In this document: in pieces, positions 14,931 through 23,747 of the stretch | How the letters are laid out: every line of letters starts with the position of its first letter | Numbering within the stretch: the stretch's first letter is position 1 | Source of the DNA: a virus | Lineage: Duplodnaviria > Caudoviricetes | Length of the DNA stretch: 64,000 nt | Reading direction: 5' to 3' (one strand) | Virus record (IMG/VR): IMGVR_UViG_3300032092_000001 | The notes under the pieces: model-generated | What the model was told of the DNA's origin: nothing | Databases searched by the model: none | What the model saw: the letters and a program-made list of their open reading frames with translations, nothing else | Translations under genes and position numbers: made by a program

Positions 14931-15905
14931 TTAAAGTTCCAAATGTTCCTTGAATTTTTTTAGATAATAGTTGATGGTAATATCAATACCATCATTAAAA
15001 TCAGTCTCAGGAGACCAATCTAATGACTTACTTATTTTGGAATTATCTATTGCATATCTAAAATCATGTCCCTTTCTGTCCTCAACGAACTTAATTAGCT
15101 CTCTTGAAGAGTTTTCATAATCCAAAAGTTCGTCTAACTTATCACATATTATGTGAGTTAACCTTAAATTACTCATTTGAACTCCACCTCCAATACAGTA
15201 CGTTTCTCCGATTTTACCTTTATGGAGAATACTATCAATAGCATTAACGTGGTCCATAACAAATAACCAATCTCTAACATTTGTCCCGTTACCATAAATT
15301 GGAATCGGAGTTTGTTTAACAATACTTTTAATTATAGTCGGAATTAATTTCTCTTCATGTTGGTTTGGTCCGTAGTTGTTTGAGCAATTTGAAATTATAA
15401 CCGGTAATCCATAGGTATGGTGGTAAGCTCTAACAAAATGGTCCGATGACGCCTTAGACGCCGAATAAGGACTTCTAGGGTCGTATGGTGTATTCTCATT
15501 AAACTCCCCTGTTGGCCCCAAATGTCCGAATACTTCATCTGTTGAGATGTGATAAAATAACTCAATCCCGTATTTAACACACGCATCCAAAAGATTGATT
15601 GTTCCAATAATGTTCGTATTAACAAATTCCATTGGATTCTTTATTGAGTTATCCACGTGGGATTCCGCAGCAAGGTGTATGACGTGTGAAAATTTATAAG
15701 TTTCAAAAAGTTTAAAAACTCGTTCTCTTTCAGTTATACTAAATTTAATTACTCTAGCTCCACTAACATTATCAATATTATCTTCATTTGCAGCATAGGT
15801 CTCAGAATCCAAAATAACGAAGTTATAATTTAGATACTTCTTAGTCATAAAATTAAAGAGGTTTGAGCCGATAAAGCCCAAACCTCCAGTGATTAATACA
15901 TTCAT
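14931..15905 (-). CDS. rfbB: dTDP-glucose 4,6-dehydratase
   Basis: GGLGFIG, HLAAESHVDNSI, ISTDEVFG, PYSASKASSD, RDWLFV, DRKGHDFRYA motifs. Confidence 0.9.
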   Translation of the reverse strand: MNVLITGGLGFIGSNLFNFMTKKYLNYNFVILDSETYAANEDNIDNVSGARVIKFSITERERVFKLFETYKFSHVIHLAAESHVDNSIKNPMEFVNTNIIGTINLLDACVKYGIELFYHISTDEVFGHLGPTGEFNENTPYDPRSPYSASKASSDHFVRAYHHTYGLPVIISNCSNNYGPNQHEEKLIPTIIKSIVKQTPIPIYGNGTNVRDWLFVMDHVNAIDSILHKGKIGETYCIGGGVQMSNLRLTHIICDKLDELLDYENSSRELIKFVEDRKGHDFRYAIDNSKISKSLDWSPETDFNDGIDITINYYLKKFKEHLEL

Positions 15906-16165
15906 TTTTCTAATTTAATAATAAATTTTGTTTTACTCTTATTAAAATCTTCTTTAACAACCTCATTCCAACTTAATTCTTCTAAGAACTTTTTGAAATC
16001 TTCGTCTTTGATTTTTTTAATATATTTGAGTAAATCTTCTTCTGTAGCATCTGGATTAACATCTAAATAATACTTTATGATTGGAAACTTTTCTAAGTCA
16101 ACCCTCTCAAGTTCCCTAACTCCAGTATAATGATGTGTTTCCACTACCCCTATTTTTATTTCCAT
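15902..16165 (-). CDS. Hypothetical protein (87 aa)
   Basis: ORF track; overlaps rfbB start by 4 nt. Confidence 0.7.
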   Translation of the reverse strand: MEIKIGVVETHHYTGVRELERVDLEKFPIIKYYLDVNPDATEEDLLKYIKKIKDEDFKKFLEELSWNEVVKEDFNKSKTKFIIKLEK

Positions 16166-16227
16166 AACTTTTCTAAGTATTAAAATTTAATAGGAATATT
16201 TTATATATTCAACACTCAAGTAAAATA

Positions 16228-17064
16228 TTACTTCAATAAATTGTAATATTCCTTAAAGTGTTTGATTCTGTCAGGTAAACCTATAGTCCCACCATTAACT
16301 CGTTTAGTCACCGCAGTTACAGTATCGTCATCAGCACCCTTGTCACAAATAGACCAAAGTTTATTTGAGTCAAAGAAAAATGCGGCAGATGCCAATGGAT
16401 ATTTTGTAGCAACTAAATCCGGATTGGATACCGTGTCTTCACCAATAAACTTAGCGAAGTTCGTATAGTTCTGTTTTCCAGTCAACTGAATGTAACCTCG
16501 GCCACGAAATTTATAACCTTCTTTGGTTGACTCGTCACCATTACCCATTCTTCCACCATAAACTTTTGATGCAATTTTTTCAGGGTTTCTAGCATATCCC
16601 TCGGCTAAATTACCAGGAAAATACTTCGGGAAGATTTTCTTTAAACCGTCAGCAGAATAATTTAAATTCTCTTGAACCGCTTTAAATCCACCTGACTCGT
16701 GTCCACATTGAGCCAAGAAATGGGCTAATCTTAATGGGTTAGTGATATTGAATTTCTTAGCAGTGTCAGGGATTTGAGCAATTACAGCATCAGGAATATG
16801 TCCTTTAAGATTCTGCAATTTAAATTCTGAACTTGTAGGAATTACAACATCTTCTTTTATCACTTGAGCAGGTTGTTCAGTCGCTCCGAACATTTTACTC
16901 CAAGTTCCATCACCAACAATTCCGTCAGCAGTTAATCCGTTAGCTGCTTGCCATTCTTTAACTTTAGCCGCTGTTCCATTACCGAAGATACCATCAGCGG
17001 TAAGTCCTAATTTTGCTTGGAGTTTTTTAACGTCTTCTCCCTGAGACCCAACTTTTAGTAACAT
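16228..17064 (-). CDS. Endolysin: N-terminal peptidoglycan-binding domain plus GH19 (chitinase-class) catalytic domain
   Basis: LLKVGSQGEDVKKLQ...ADGIFG...ADGIVG; HFLAQCGHESGGF, ENLNYS, FRGRGYIQLTGK, RVNGG. Confidence 0.9.
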   Translation of the reverse strand: MLLKVGSQGEDVKKLQAKLGLTADGIFGNGTAAKVKEWQAANGLTADGIVGDGTWSKMFGATEQPAQVIKEDVVIPTSSEFKLQNLKGHIPDAVIAQIPDTAKKFNITNPLRLAHFLAQCGHESGGFKAVQENLNYSADGLKKIFPKYFPGNLAEGYARNPEKIASKVYGGRMGNGDESTKEGYKFRGRGYIQLTGKQNYTNFAKFIGEDTVSNPDLVATKYPLASAAFFFDSNKLWSICDKGADDDTVTAVTKRVNGGTIGLPDRIKHFKEYYNLLK

Positions 17065-17089
17065 AATTTTATAGTTTTAACTATAAATA

Positions 17090-17314
17090 TTACTTTTTGG
17101 TGTAAATGAAAAAGTGTTCTCCAATTTCTTTAGTATACCTTTCAATGAACTTACCCTCACAAGCCTTTTTCATTGTGTTACTTAAAGCAAAATGTTCATC
17201 ATCAGTAATAGTTGGTTGAATGATTATCTCATATTCCATTTTATTTGGAAGTTCTTTTTCTTTCACCTCAGCCCATGATGGGAGGACCTCTTTTAAATTT
17301 TGTAGTATTGACAT
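17090..17314 (-). CDS. Hypothetical protein (74 aa)
   Basis: ORF track; TATTTAT upstream. Confidence 0.7.
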   Translation of the reverse strand: MSILQNLKEVLPSWAEVKEKELPNKMEYEIIIQPTITDDEHFALSNTMKKACEGKFIERYTKEIGEHFFIYTKK

Positions 17315-17335
17315 AATAGTAAGTATCTTACATAA

Positions 17336-17363
17336 ATAAAAAAACCCGTCAGAAAGACAGGTC
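17336..17363 (-). terminator. Intrinsic terminator ending the large ncRNA
   Basis: Minus strand ACCTGTC-TTTCT-GACGGGT followed by a T-run. Confidence 0.75.
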
Positions 17364-17364
17364 A

Positions 17365-18272
17365 GATTAGTTAATATAGCCTGAGATTACAGCTTTATGT
17401 GAGAACCTTTTGAAGTATTATTGTTTTACTTCGTATCCACTTCCTTTTGAGAAGTATTTCTCAGTCACGGTCTTTTAGGTTTACCACTCCTTGAGGTCTA
17501 AGTTACTCTCTTCTTACTCAACTCTTTCCGAGGTTGCCACCCCAGTTCGTCCTTGCGGGATTAAAGGTTTTTCGTAAAACTACAGTCGGACTTGGGGTCT
17601 TTCTGTGCAATGAACGGCTCATTACTATGTAGTGACCTTTCACCTAAACCTGATGGACACTTTTCCTTAATGTATTTTTTAATTATTGGATAATTTTGGA
17701 ATCCATTAGTTTTGTGTCGTAGATGTGTCAGAGTAGTGGTCCACCGTAAGCTCCGTCTCCTTTTGGGCGACAGAATACTAAACTACTCCGTGAAGTGTCC
17801 CCACCTCCATATTTCAAGATTACTTCATAAAGATACCTTGGTAGGTCGTCTTTAAGGATAGTAGCGACACCACTCGTTCTCTATCTTACCTTTCGGTTTT
17901 AAGTCCTCTATCGTATTGGAACCCGCAATAGTGTAATTGGATAATCACATTTTTTACTTGATTCCTATGGGTTATTCTTGTTGTTCTTCCGAACTCAACC
18001 TGATAATCTACTTTACCAGGTCACCCTTCCATTTTCCCTACGAAGTCATCCTCGGTACTAAAGGTTTGGTGATATCCCACTTGTGTACTTGAGTTCTCCA
18101 CCCCTTACGGGGTTTCAAACCGCAGCCTCCTCAACACGGGGGAGACCACTTTATCCTACTTTAGTAGTTTATTTAAGGACCATACACGGCCCATTATCGT
18201 TTATCTCTTTTCAGTGCTCATATTCGTCACACGAAGGTGGGAATACGACTTACTCAGAGAATGGATAATCTA
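17365..18272 (-). ncRNA. Large (~900 nt) ornate structured ncRNA, GOLLD/ROOL-like
   Basis: No credible ORF; GC-richer than flanks; minus-strand GNRA hairpins (ACCCC-GUAA-GGGGU, ACC-GAAA-GGU, CC-GCAA-GG); long-range helices 17655-62/17793-800, 17731-37/17782-88, 17714-19/17864-69; own promoters and terminator. Confidence 0.8.
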
Positions 18273-18275
18273 TTT

Positions 18276-18554
18276 TTTCAAAGAACGTTTCGGACATTTC
18301 CGAATTGTTTTACAAATTTACGACATTTATTTCTATTTGTCAAGTTATTTGTGAACTTTTTTTGAGATTTGGAACTTTCATCGTTTTACCACTTTGTGAA
18401 CCTTAATCTCAAATTCTTTACAAACTTACGACTTTTTTTTCAATCTGTCAAATAAATTAAGAACTTTTTTTTTCAATTTGACTACCGAGTATCTTTCATT
18501 CCCTATAAGTGTCAAATCTTTTACAAACTTACGGCAAGAAATTGGTAGTGTCAA
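18276..18554 (-). promoter_or_regulatory. Three tandem Bacteroidota-type promoters plus boxA-like element
   Basis: TTGACA-17nt-TAA(A/G)TTTG at 18343-18313, 18451-18421, 18554-18524; CGTTCTTTGAAA at 18287-18276. Confidence 0.8.
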
Positions 18555-18561
18555 ATAAATA

Positions 18562-18966
18562 TCACAAAAAATTCAAAAGTAGTTCTTTAATACCATTAGA
18601 CATGTATAAATTCTCAATTTCATTCCTACCCATATATTGACATTGAGTGTGCTCAAACCCATCCATAGCATTTTCTAAATCAGGAACTATCTTTTGATTT
18701 GTTTCATAAGTGAATACATGAAGGACACTTTTCTGAACCCCTAATTTATTATAACGATTAATCTTACCATAAGATTCAATATCGCCATTAATATCAACTC
18801 CCATTTCCTCAATAAATTCTCTGTACGCAGCTTTTTTAGGGTCCTCCCCTTCCTCAATACCTCCCATAGGTATTGCCCATTTACCTGGCTCTTCGTTTTC
18901 TTGAGCTCTTTGACACACAAGACATTTGTCCTTAACTTTTACAATAATCCCAGCAGATTGTTTCAT
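18562..18966 (-). CDS. NUDIX hydrolase
   Basis: Nudix box GGIEEGEDPKKAAYREFIEEMG. Confidence 0.9.
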   Translation of the reverse strand: MKQSAGIIVKVKDKCLVCQRAQENEEPGKWAIPMGGIEEGEDPKKAAYREFIEEMGVDINGDIESYGKINRYNKLGVQKSVLHVFTYETNQKIVPDLENAMDGFEHTQCQYMGRNEIENLYMSNGIKELLLNFL

Positions 18967-18986
18967 ATCTAATATTTATCATAAGT

Positions 18987-19343
18987 ATGTATGTCAAAAT
19001 AAATAATAATGATTTTAAAGTCAAAGTATGTAATTCCAACAGAGAGGTTTCCGAAGGGATGATGGGTAAGGAATTCATCGGATTTGATGGTATGATATTC
19101 TTTATGGGTAATGGATACCATAGTTTTTGGATGAAAAACTGTATCATACCATTAGACATTATCTTTATTGATAGCAATTTAATAATAACTGAAATATATC
19201 ATAACTGTGAACCATGTGACACACCAATATGTGAGAATTATGACGGTTATGGCAAATACGTATTAGAGATTGAAGGTGGTCGTTGTGAAAACGATAACAT
19301 TCAAATCGGTGATTCAGTCTCTTTTATTTTTCAGACTCACTAA
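18987..19343 (+). CDS. DUF192 family protein
   Basis: GMM...GMIF...FWMKNCIIPLDIIFID...YVLEIEGG. Confidence 0.85.
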   Translation: MYVKINNNDFKVKVCNSNREVSEGMMGKEFIGFDGMIFFMGNGYHSFWMKNCIIPLDIIFIDSNLIITEIYHNCEPCDTPICENYDGYGKYVLEIEGGRCENDNIQIGDSVSFIFQTH

Positions 19344-20724
19344 TCTTATCTTTAAGAACCGTTACAAATCTTTTCTGTAACATCTTCAAAAACTTAATAT
19401 AAGGACTATCACCAGACTCAGGGTTATATTTATACTTACCTTGTGGTGGTCTCTTACTTCTTCCAATATAGTTTAATCCCGAGATATTAGTAATACATTT
19501 GTGTCCGCCAGAGTTTGCTTGGATTACATCCCAAACAGGAACTGTGATTTCATCTAAAAATAACCATTCGTCTTCTGTTAATTCTGATGTTGTTTTAGAC
19601 ATTAAATCTTTAATATCCATTAATTCTTCAACACCATCTTTCTTATTTAGATATTTCTCACCGTATATTGCCGCAAAATCTTTGAACGTAAATCCAACTG
19701 AGCCTTCTCCAACACCAGTTTCTGATACCCACTTAATTGTTGACAAAGGAACTTGTTTCTCCTTTAACTGTCCTTCCCACTTTGATAAAACCTCTTGAGC
19801 AATCTCCCCAAGATTCACACCCTTCAATTGTCTTTCTTTCTTAAATGGGTTACATGACGCCTGTAACAAACCTAACGGCCAAGCAATTACCAAAAAGTCA
19901 GCCTCAGGGTTATTCTTAAATGGAGTATATCTGTCATAAGAGCCAGGTTTCATCATATTACCACCACCATACTGAACTATAATGTTATCTTCAATATCAG
20001 GGTAACTTTGCATTTGTGAAACATAACCAGCTTTATTCATCTCAAGTTTTTCAATATCTGCCCATCCCTTATCTTTCATTTCTTTTCTAATAATATTAAA
20101 AATAGACAACAAAGATGGTTGAGCATCCATTACTAACTTCTCTAAAAACCCTGGTTTGTTTTTAAATGCTAATAATAGTTTGTTAGTGACAAGTCCTAAC
20201 ATCATTCTATTTCTTTTAGCGGATGAATCCTTATCAAAAGAATAAACATAATTCATTACCATATCGGGAGTTATCTCATTAGAGGCATAATTAGCACTAT
20301 CAACCATTGATATTGTTTCTACGTCAACGGCTGTGAATATTTCAGATGAAGGAATAATTTGTGAAAGTGTTTCAACATTTGAACGAGATTGTCTAAACGA
20401 TGTTGAACCTGTGTCCTCAGCCCCTGCCTGTCTATCATGGTGGTCCGTATGAATAACGAACATAGGTTTCCCATGTGCAAAATCCACTAAGACCGGCATA
20501 ACCTCACCAGTCGCGTCAGCCTTTTTAACTGAGAATTCTTTATCACCGTACTGAATAATTTCAGTATCAACAACTTTAATTCCGTTGTCTTCAAGATATT
20601 TTTTCATGGCAATTGCTGAAGTAACACCATCTAAATCTTGGTGAAAGTAAATTTTTGCCTTTTTGTATCTATCGGATAATTCCCCGATGTTTCTAATACC
20701 ACCTTCAGAGATAATTCTTTTCAT
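19324..20724 (-). CDS. DHH/DHHA1-family phosphoesterase, putative head-packaged
   Basis: HQDLDG, VDF, TDHH, DSA and C-terminal SGGH motifs; N-terminus MKRIISE; TATTTAT upstream. Confidence 0.7.
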   Translation of the reverse strand: MKRIISEGGIRNIGELSDRYKKAKIYFHQDLDGVTSAIAMKKYLEDNGIKVVDTEIIQYGDKEFSVKKADATGEVMPVLVDFAHGKPMFVIHTDHHDRQAGAEDTGSTSFRQSRSNVETLSQIIPSSEIFTAVDVETISMVDSANYASNEITPDMVMNYVYSFDKDSSAKRNRMMLGLVTNKLLLAFKNKPGFLEKLVMDAQPSLLSIFNIIRKEMKDKGWADIEKLEMNKAGYVSQMQSYPDIEDNIIVQYGGGNMMKPGSYDRYTPFKNNPEADFLVIAWPLGLLQASCNPFKKERQLKGVNLGEIAQEVLSKWEGQLKEKQVPLSTIKWVSETGVGEGSVGFTFKDFAAIYGEKYLNKKDGVEELMDIKDLMSKTTSELTEDEWLFLDEITVPVWDVIQANSGGHKCITNISGLNYIGRSKRPPQGKYKYNPESGDSPYIKFLKMLQKRFVTVLKDKISESEK

Positions 20725-20736
20725 AACATATAAATA

Positions 20737-21078
20737 TTATTCTTTCCAAAAAACTTGGACTAAAACAATAATTACTGACAACGAAAGACATATTAAAGTT
20801 TTAATTGTGATTTGCTCACTAAATAGATAATGGGACATCACAGCATATACTATAGTACCGATTGAGAACCCTATAATTCTACTCGGCCAAAGAGCCCCAC
20901 CATAATGTCTAATTAACATATTAATACCAACCATGAATATGATTGAAATTGGAATTCCTAATAGGACCGAAAACCACTGATTATTTTTAAAAAAATCATA
21001 TTTCAGGTGTCCCTGAATCTGAAAAAAAGTTAATACTTGTCCGAAAATTAATAATAAAACTCCGTATAGAAAATTCAT
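20737..21078 (-). CDS. Small multi-pass membrane protein
   Basis: About four hydrophobic segments. Confidence 0.75.
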   Translation of the reverse strand: MNFLYGVLLLIFGQVLTFFQIQGHLKYDFFKNNQWFSVLLGIPISIIFMVGINMLIRHYGGALWPSRIIGFSIGTIVYAVMSHYLFSEQITIKTLICLSLSVIIVLVQVFWKE

Positions 21079-21113
21079 TGGTAAGTATAATACCAATAAA
21101 TTAAACTATCAAA

Positions 21114-21485
21114 TCACTTTAAAGTTAACAAGTACTTTAACTTGTTAATTCCATGTAACATTTCATCTCTAAGATTTAGTAAGTCAGAATCTTTCTTAGG
21201 GTCAAAATGGTCGGTTAGTGAGATTAGAAAATTACAAGTTTCATCAATGAAGCTCTGTAAATCCATCTCTTTAGCATCCATACCGTTTATTTGATATCCA
21301 CCCATATATTTTGGTCTACCGTGTTTACCCATACAAGCTTCAACAAAATCGTCAATTAACTCGTTTAAATCTGAATATACCCCACCATAAGCTTGGTGTT
21401 TAGCATAAGATGTTGTTTGCCAGTGTAAGAATCTAAACTGTGTTTGTATTTCAACTAATGTTAATATAATTTCTGAATTTTCCAT
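21114..21485 (-). CDS. Ferritin/Dps-like four-helix protein (DUF5856-like)
   Basis: QFRFLHWQT..YAKHQAYG..Y..LNELIDDFVE; LLNLRDEML. Confidence 0.7.
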   Translation of the reverse strand: MENSEIILTLVEIQTQFRFLHWQTTSYAKHQAYGGVYSDLNELIDDFVEACMGKHGRPKYMGGYQINGMDAKEMDLQSFIDETCNFLISLTDHFDPKKDSDLLNLRDEMLHGINKLKYLLTLK

Positions 21486-21519
21486 ACATATAAATATATC
21501 ATAAAATAAAAAACGGAGG

Positions 21520-22377
21520 TTACTGACCCCCGTTTTCAAATTGTAACTTCTGTTGTTTTTTTTGGTCAACAAAACCCTGTATTCGTTCTTTAGAAATATT
21601 AGCATAATTTTCAGATAATTCAATACCAATCCATCTTCTATCCAAAATTACTGCCGCCACACAACTTGTTCCGCTACCGTTGAAAGGGTCAAGGACAATA
21701 TCATTCTTATATGATAAAATCTTAATTGCCTTGGTTGGAATATCCATACTGAAGGTTGCCTTGGTCATTGGTCTTGAGTCATTCAAATACTTCCACTGAC
21801 CAAATACCAACTCCATAAAATCTTTCTTATCCTCATCCTGATAAACCATTTTGGTCTTACCTTCCTCTGTTATGGTAGGTTCTCCTTTCCATTGTGGTTC
21901 ACCCTTAACTTTCTTAATGTGAACCTTCTTATAAGCAAGAACCATACATTCCTTTGGGTTATAGATATACGGTGATGACGGACTCATCCAAGAACCCCAA
22001 GCGGTTGTCTTACTTCTATGTGGACTATCTTCCTCCAAGTCAACAACACCAAAGAAATTAAATCCAATCTCCTTCATCACCTGATAAACTTCAGATACAA
22101 AGAAAATCCTACCACCCTTCGCTTGTCTGTTAATCTCATAAGGAATATTTAAAGCAATCCTACCATCATCTTTCAATACTTTATAGGCCTCAGTCATCCA
22201 TTTACGAGTAAACTCCAAATACTCACTAATTTCCATATCATCATCATGGACATCATAAGCAATGTTTACTCCATAAGGAGGTGATGTCACAATTAAATCC
22301 ACCACTCCCTCCGGCATTTCCTTCATTACCTCAATACAATCCCCGTTGATAACGGTATTAATATAATTTTCTATCAT
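21520..22377 (-). CDS. Site-specific DNA methyltransferase (N4-C/N6-A, beta class)
   Basis: VTSPPY catalytic motif before LDPFNGSGT SAM-binding motif. Confidence 0.9.
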   Translation of the reverse strand: MIENYINTVINGDCIEVMKEMPEGVVDLIVTSPPYGVNIAYDVHDDDMEISEYLEFTRKWMTEAYKVLKDDGRIALNIPYEINRQAKGGRIFFVSEVYQVMKEIGFNFFGVVDLEEDSPHRSKTTAWGSWMSPSSPYIYNPKECMVLAYKKVHIKKVKGEPQWKGEPTITEEGKTKMVYQDEDKKDFMELVFGQWKYLNDSRPMTKATFSMDIPTKAIKILSYKNDIVLDPFNGSGTSCVAAVILDRRWIGIELSENYANISKERIQGFVDQKKQQKLQFENGGQ

Positions 22378-22631
22378 TTCCCTTCCAATGTTTCAATGTG
22401 ATGTTGTAAATACCAAAGAGCCTTTTTTAAATCTTCTAACTCTTTATCTTTGTGTTTTTTACCAGCTCGTGAGATGTATTTAACCGTGTTTCCAAGACAG
22501 AACCCTAAGTCCCATGCATCAATCACTTTAATTGCTTCATATGGATTTGACACCCCACCATAATGTTCGGGGTTATGTACCATTTCTTTTTTGTCAGTGT
22601 TTAACAAATGTTCCAATAATTCTTTTTCCAT
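22374..22631 (-). CDS. DUF3310 domain protein
   Basis: VHNPEHY...EAIKVI...FCLGNTVKYISRAGKK...EDLKKALWYL. Confidence 0.9.
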   Translation of the reverse strand: MEKELLEHLLNTDKKEMVHNPEHYGGVSNPYEAIKVIDAWDLGFCLGNTVKYISRAGKKHKDKELEDLKKALWYLQHHIETLEGK

Positions 22632-22828
22632 TATTTCATTTTTTTTCTAACATAATAACCTTTACCATACTGACTTTCTTCTAAAAAATCAGACTTAATA
22701 AGTTCGTCAATTTTGGTTTGACAAATCTCAATAGGTAACCTTAGTATGTATTCAGAAATATATGAAATATGAATCGGTCTTTCAAGTTTAGATAGTAACA
22801 ATTCTGTTGGTGCTGTATTTTTTCTCAT
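22631..22828 (-). CDS. Hypothetical protein (65 aa), possible winged helix
   Basis: ORF track. Confidence 0.6.
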   Translation of the reverse strand: MRKNTAPTELLLSKLERPIHISYISEYILRLPIEICQTKIDELIKSDFLEESQYGKGYYVRKKMK

Positions 22829-22964
22829 ATTCTTTAAATTTTTGACTTACTTCATTACTACTAAAAATTAAACAATCCGAATTTAAATAGTGTCTGATTC
22901 TTGTTATGTCAACATCAATCTGTTTAATCTCATTTTCACCAATAAATTTCTTGTTAAATCCCAT
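22788..22964 (-). CDS. Hypothetical protein (58 aa)
   Basis: Hand-translated MGFNKKFIGENEIKQIDVD...; fills the gap between neighbours. Confidence 0.5.
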   Translation of the reverse strand: MGFNKKFIGENEIKQIDVDITRIRHYLNSDCLIFSSNEVSQKFKEYEKKYSTNRIVTI

Positions 22965-22976
22965 ACAACAAATGTA

Positions 22977-23747
22977 TTAAGAATTTTTTAAAGAAACAAT
23001 TGTATTTGATTGCATAATATATGTCACAACCTTTCTCTTAAAAATCGGTAACAATGTATGTTCTAATGGTAAATTATTTGAAACTTTAATTTCAAATACC
23101 GGTAATTCGGGATTGTAATTAATATCTTTTAGTATTGTTTTAAATCTTTTTTTAGTTTCATTACTGTAAGAGAGAATGGTTTCAATTTTTGATTCTATCT
23201 TTAACTTACCAGGTTCCCCACAAGTAAAACTCCATAAATACTTTTTATTGTCTATTTCACAATAAAAATAACCAGAATTAAAGTCTTTAATATCATCTTT
23301 ATTGATGAGATTAATTGCCACCGAATCGTAGGTGATGGTCCATAGAGCCTTAACTATATTGAAGTACTCGTATATTTTGAGTCCAGCTCTTTTTAAAATC
23401 TTATTGAACTCAATTAAATCATCATCATTTAATTTAGGTATCGGTAGAAATTTTAATTCACTAATTAATATCTCATCATCAACTGATTTAAATTTCTTAT
23501 CTAAACTAATATACTTAAATTCGTTACTGATTGACTGTAAATTAGCCAAATGAAATGATATCTCACTAAATAATGGGTATAATTCAAACTTATCAATCTT
23601 GTCATCGCAGTACTTGATAAAGTCCATTAAAATGTAATATTTGTGTTCGTAGTCAACCGGCTCTTGCGTAATCCAGTCTGAACTTAACTTAAAATTAGAT
23701 TTTTTTCTAACGTATTTTCTTTTTTCGGTTTTTTCCATATCAACCAT
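22977..23747 (-). CDS. Hypothetical protein (256 aa)
   Basis: ORF track. Confidence 0.8.
   Translation of the reverse strand: MVDMEKTEKRKYVRKKSNFKLSSDWITQEPVDYEHKYYILMDFIKYCDDKIDKFELYPLFSEISFHLANLQSISNEFKYISLDKKFKSVDDEILISELKFLPIPKLNDDDLIEFNKILKRAGLKIYEYFNIVKALWTITYDSVAINLINKDDIKDFNSGYFYCEIDNKKYLWSFTCGEPGKLKIESKIETILSYSNETKKRFKTILKDINYNPELPVFEIKVSNNLPLEHTLLPIFKRKVVTYIMQSNTIVSLKNS

Noticed and set aside
18083-18268. 61-aa plus-strand ORF, and similar short ORFs at 241-453, 488-688, 777-1025, 5221-5409, 5521-5775
   Set aside because: Antisense shadows of RNA genes or of real minus-strand CDSs; no start context or recognisable motifs.
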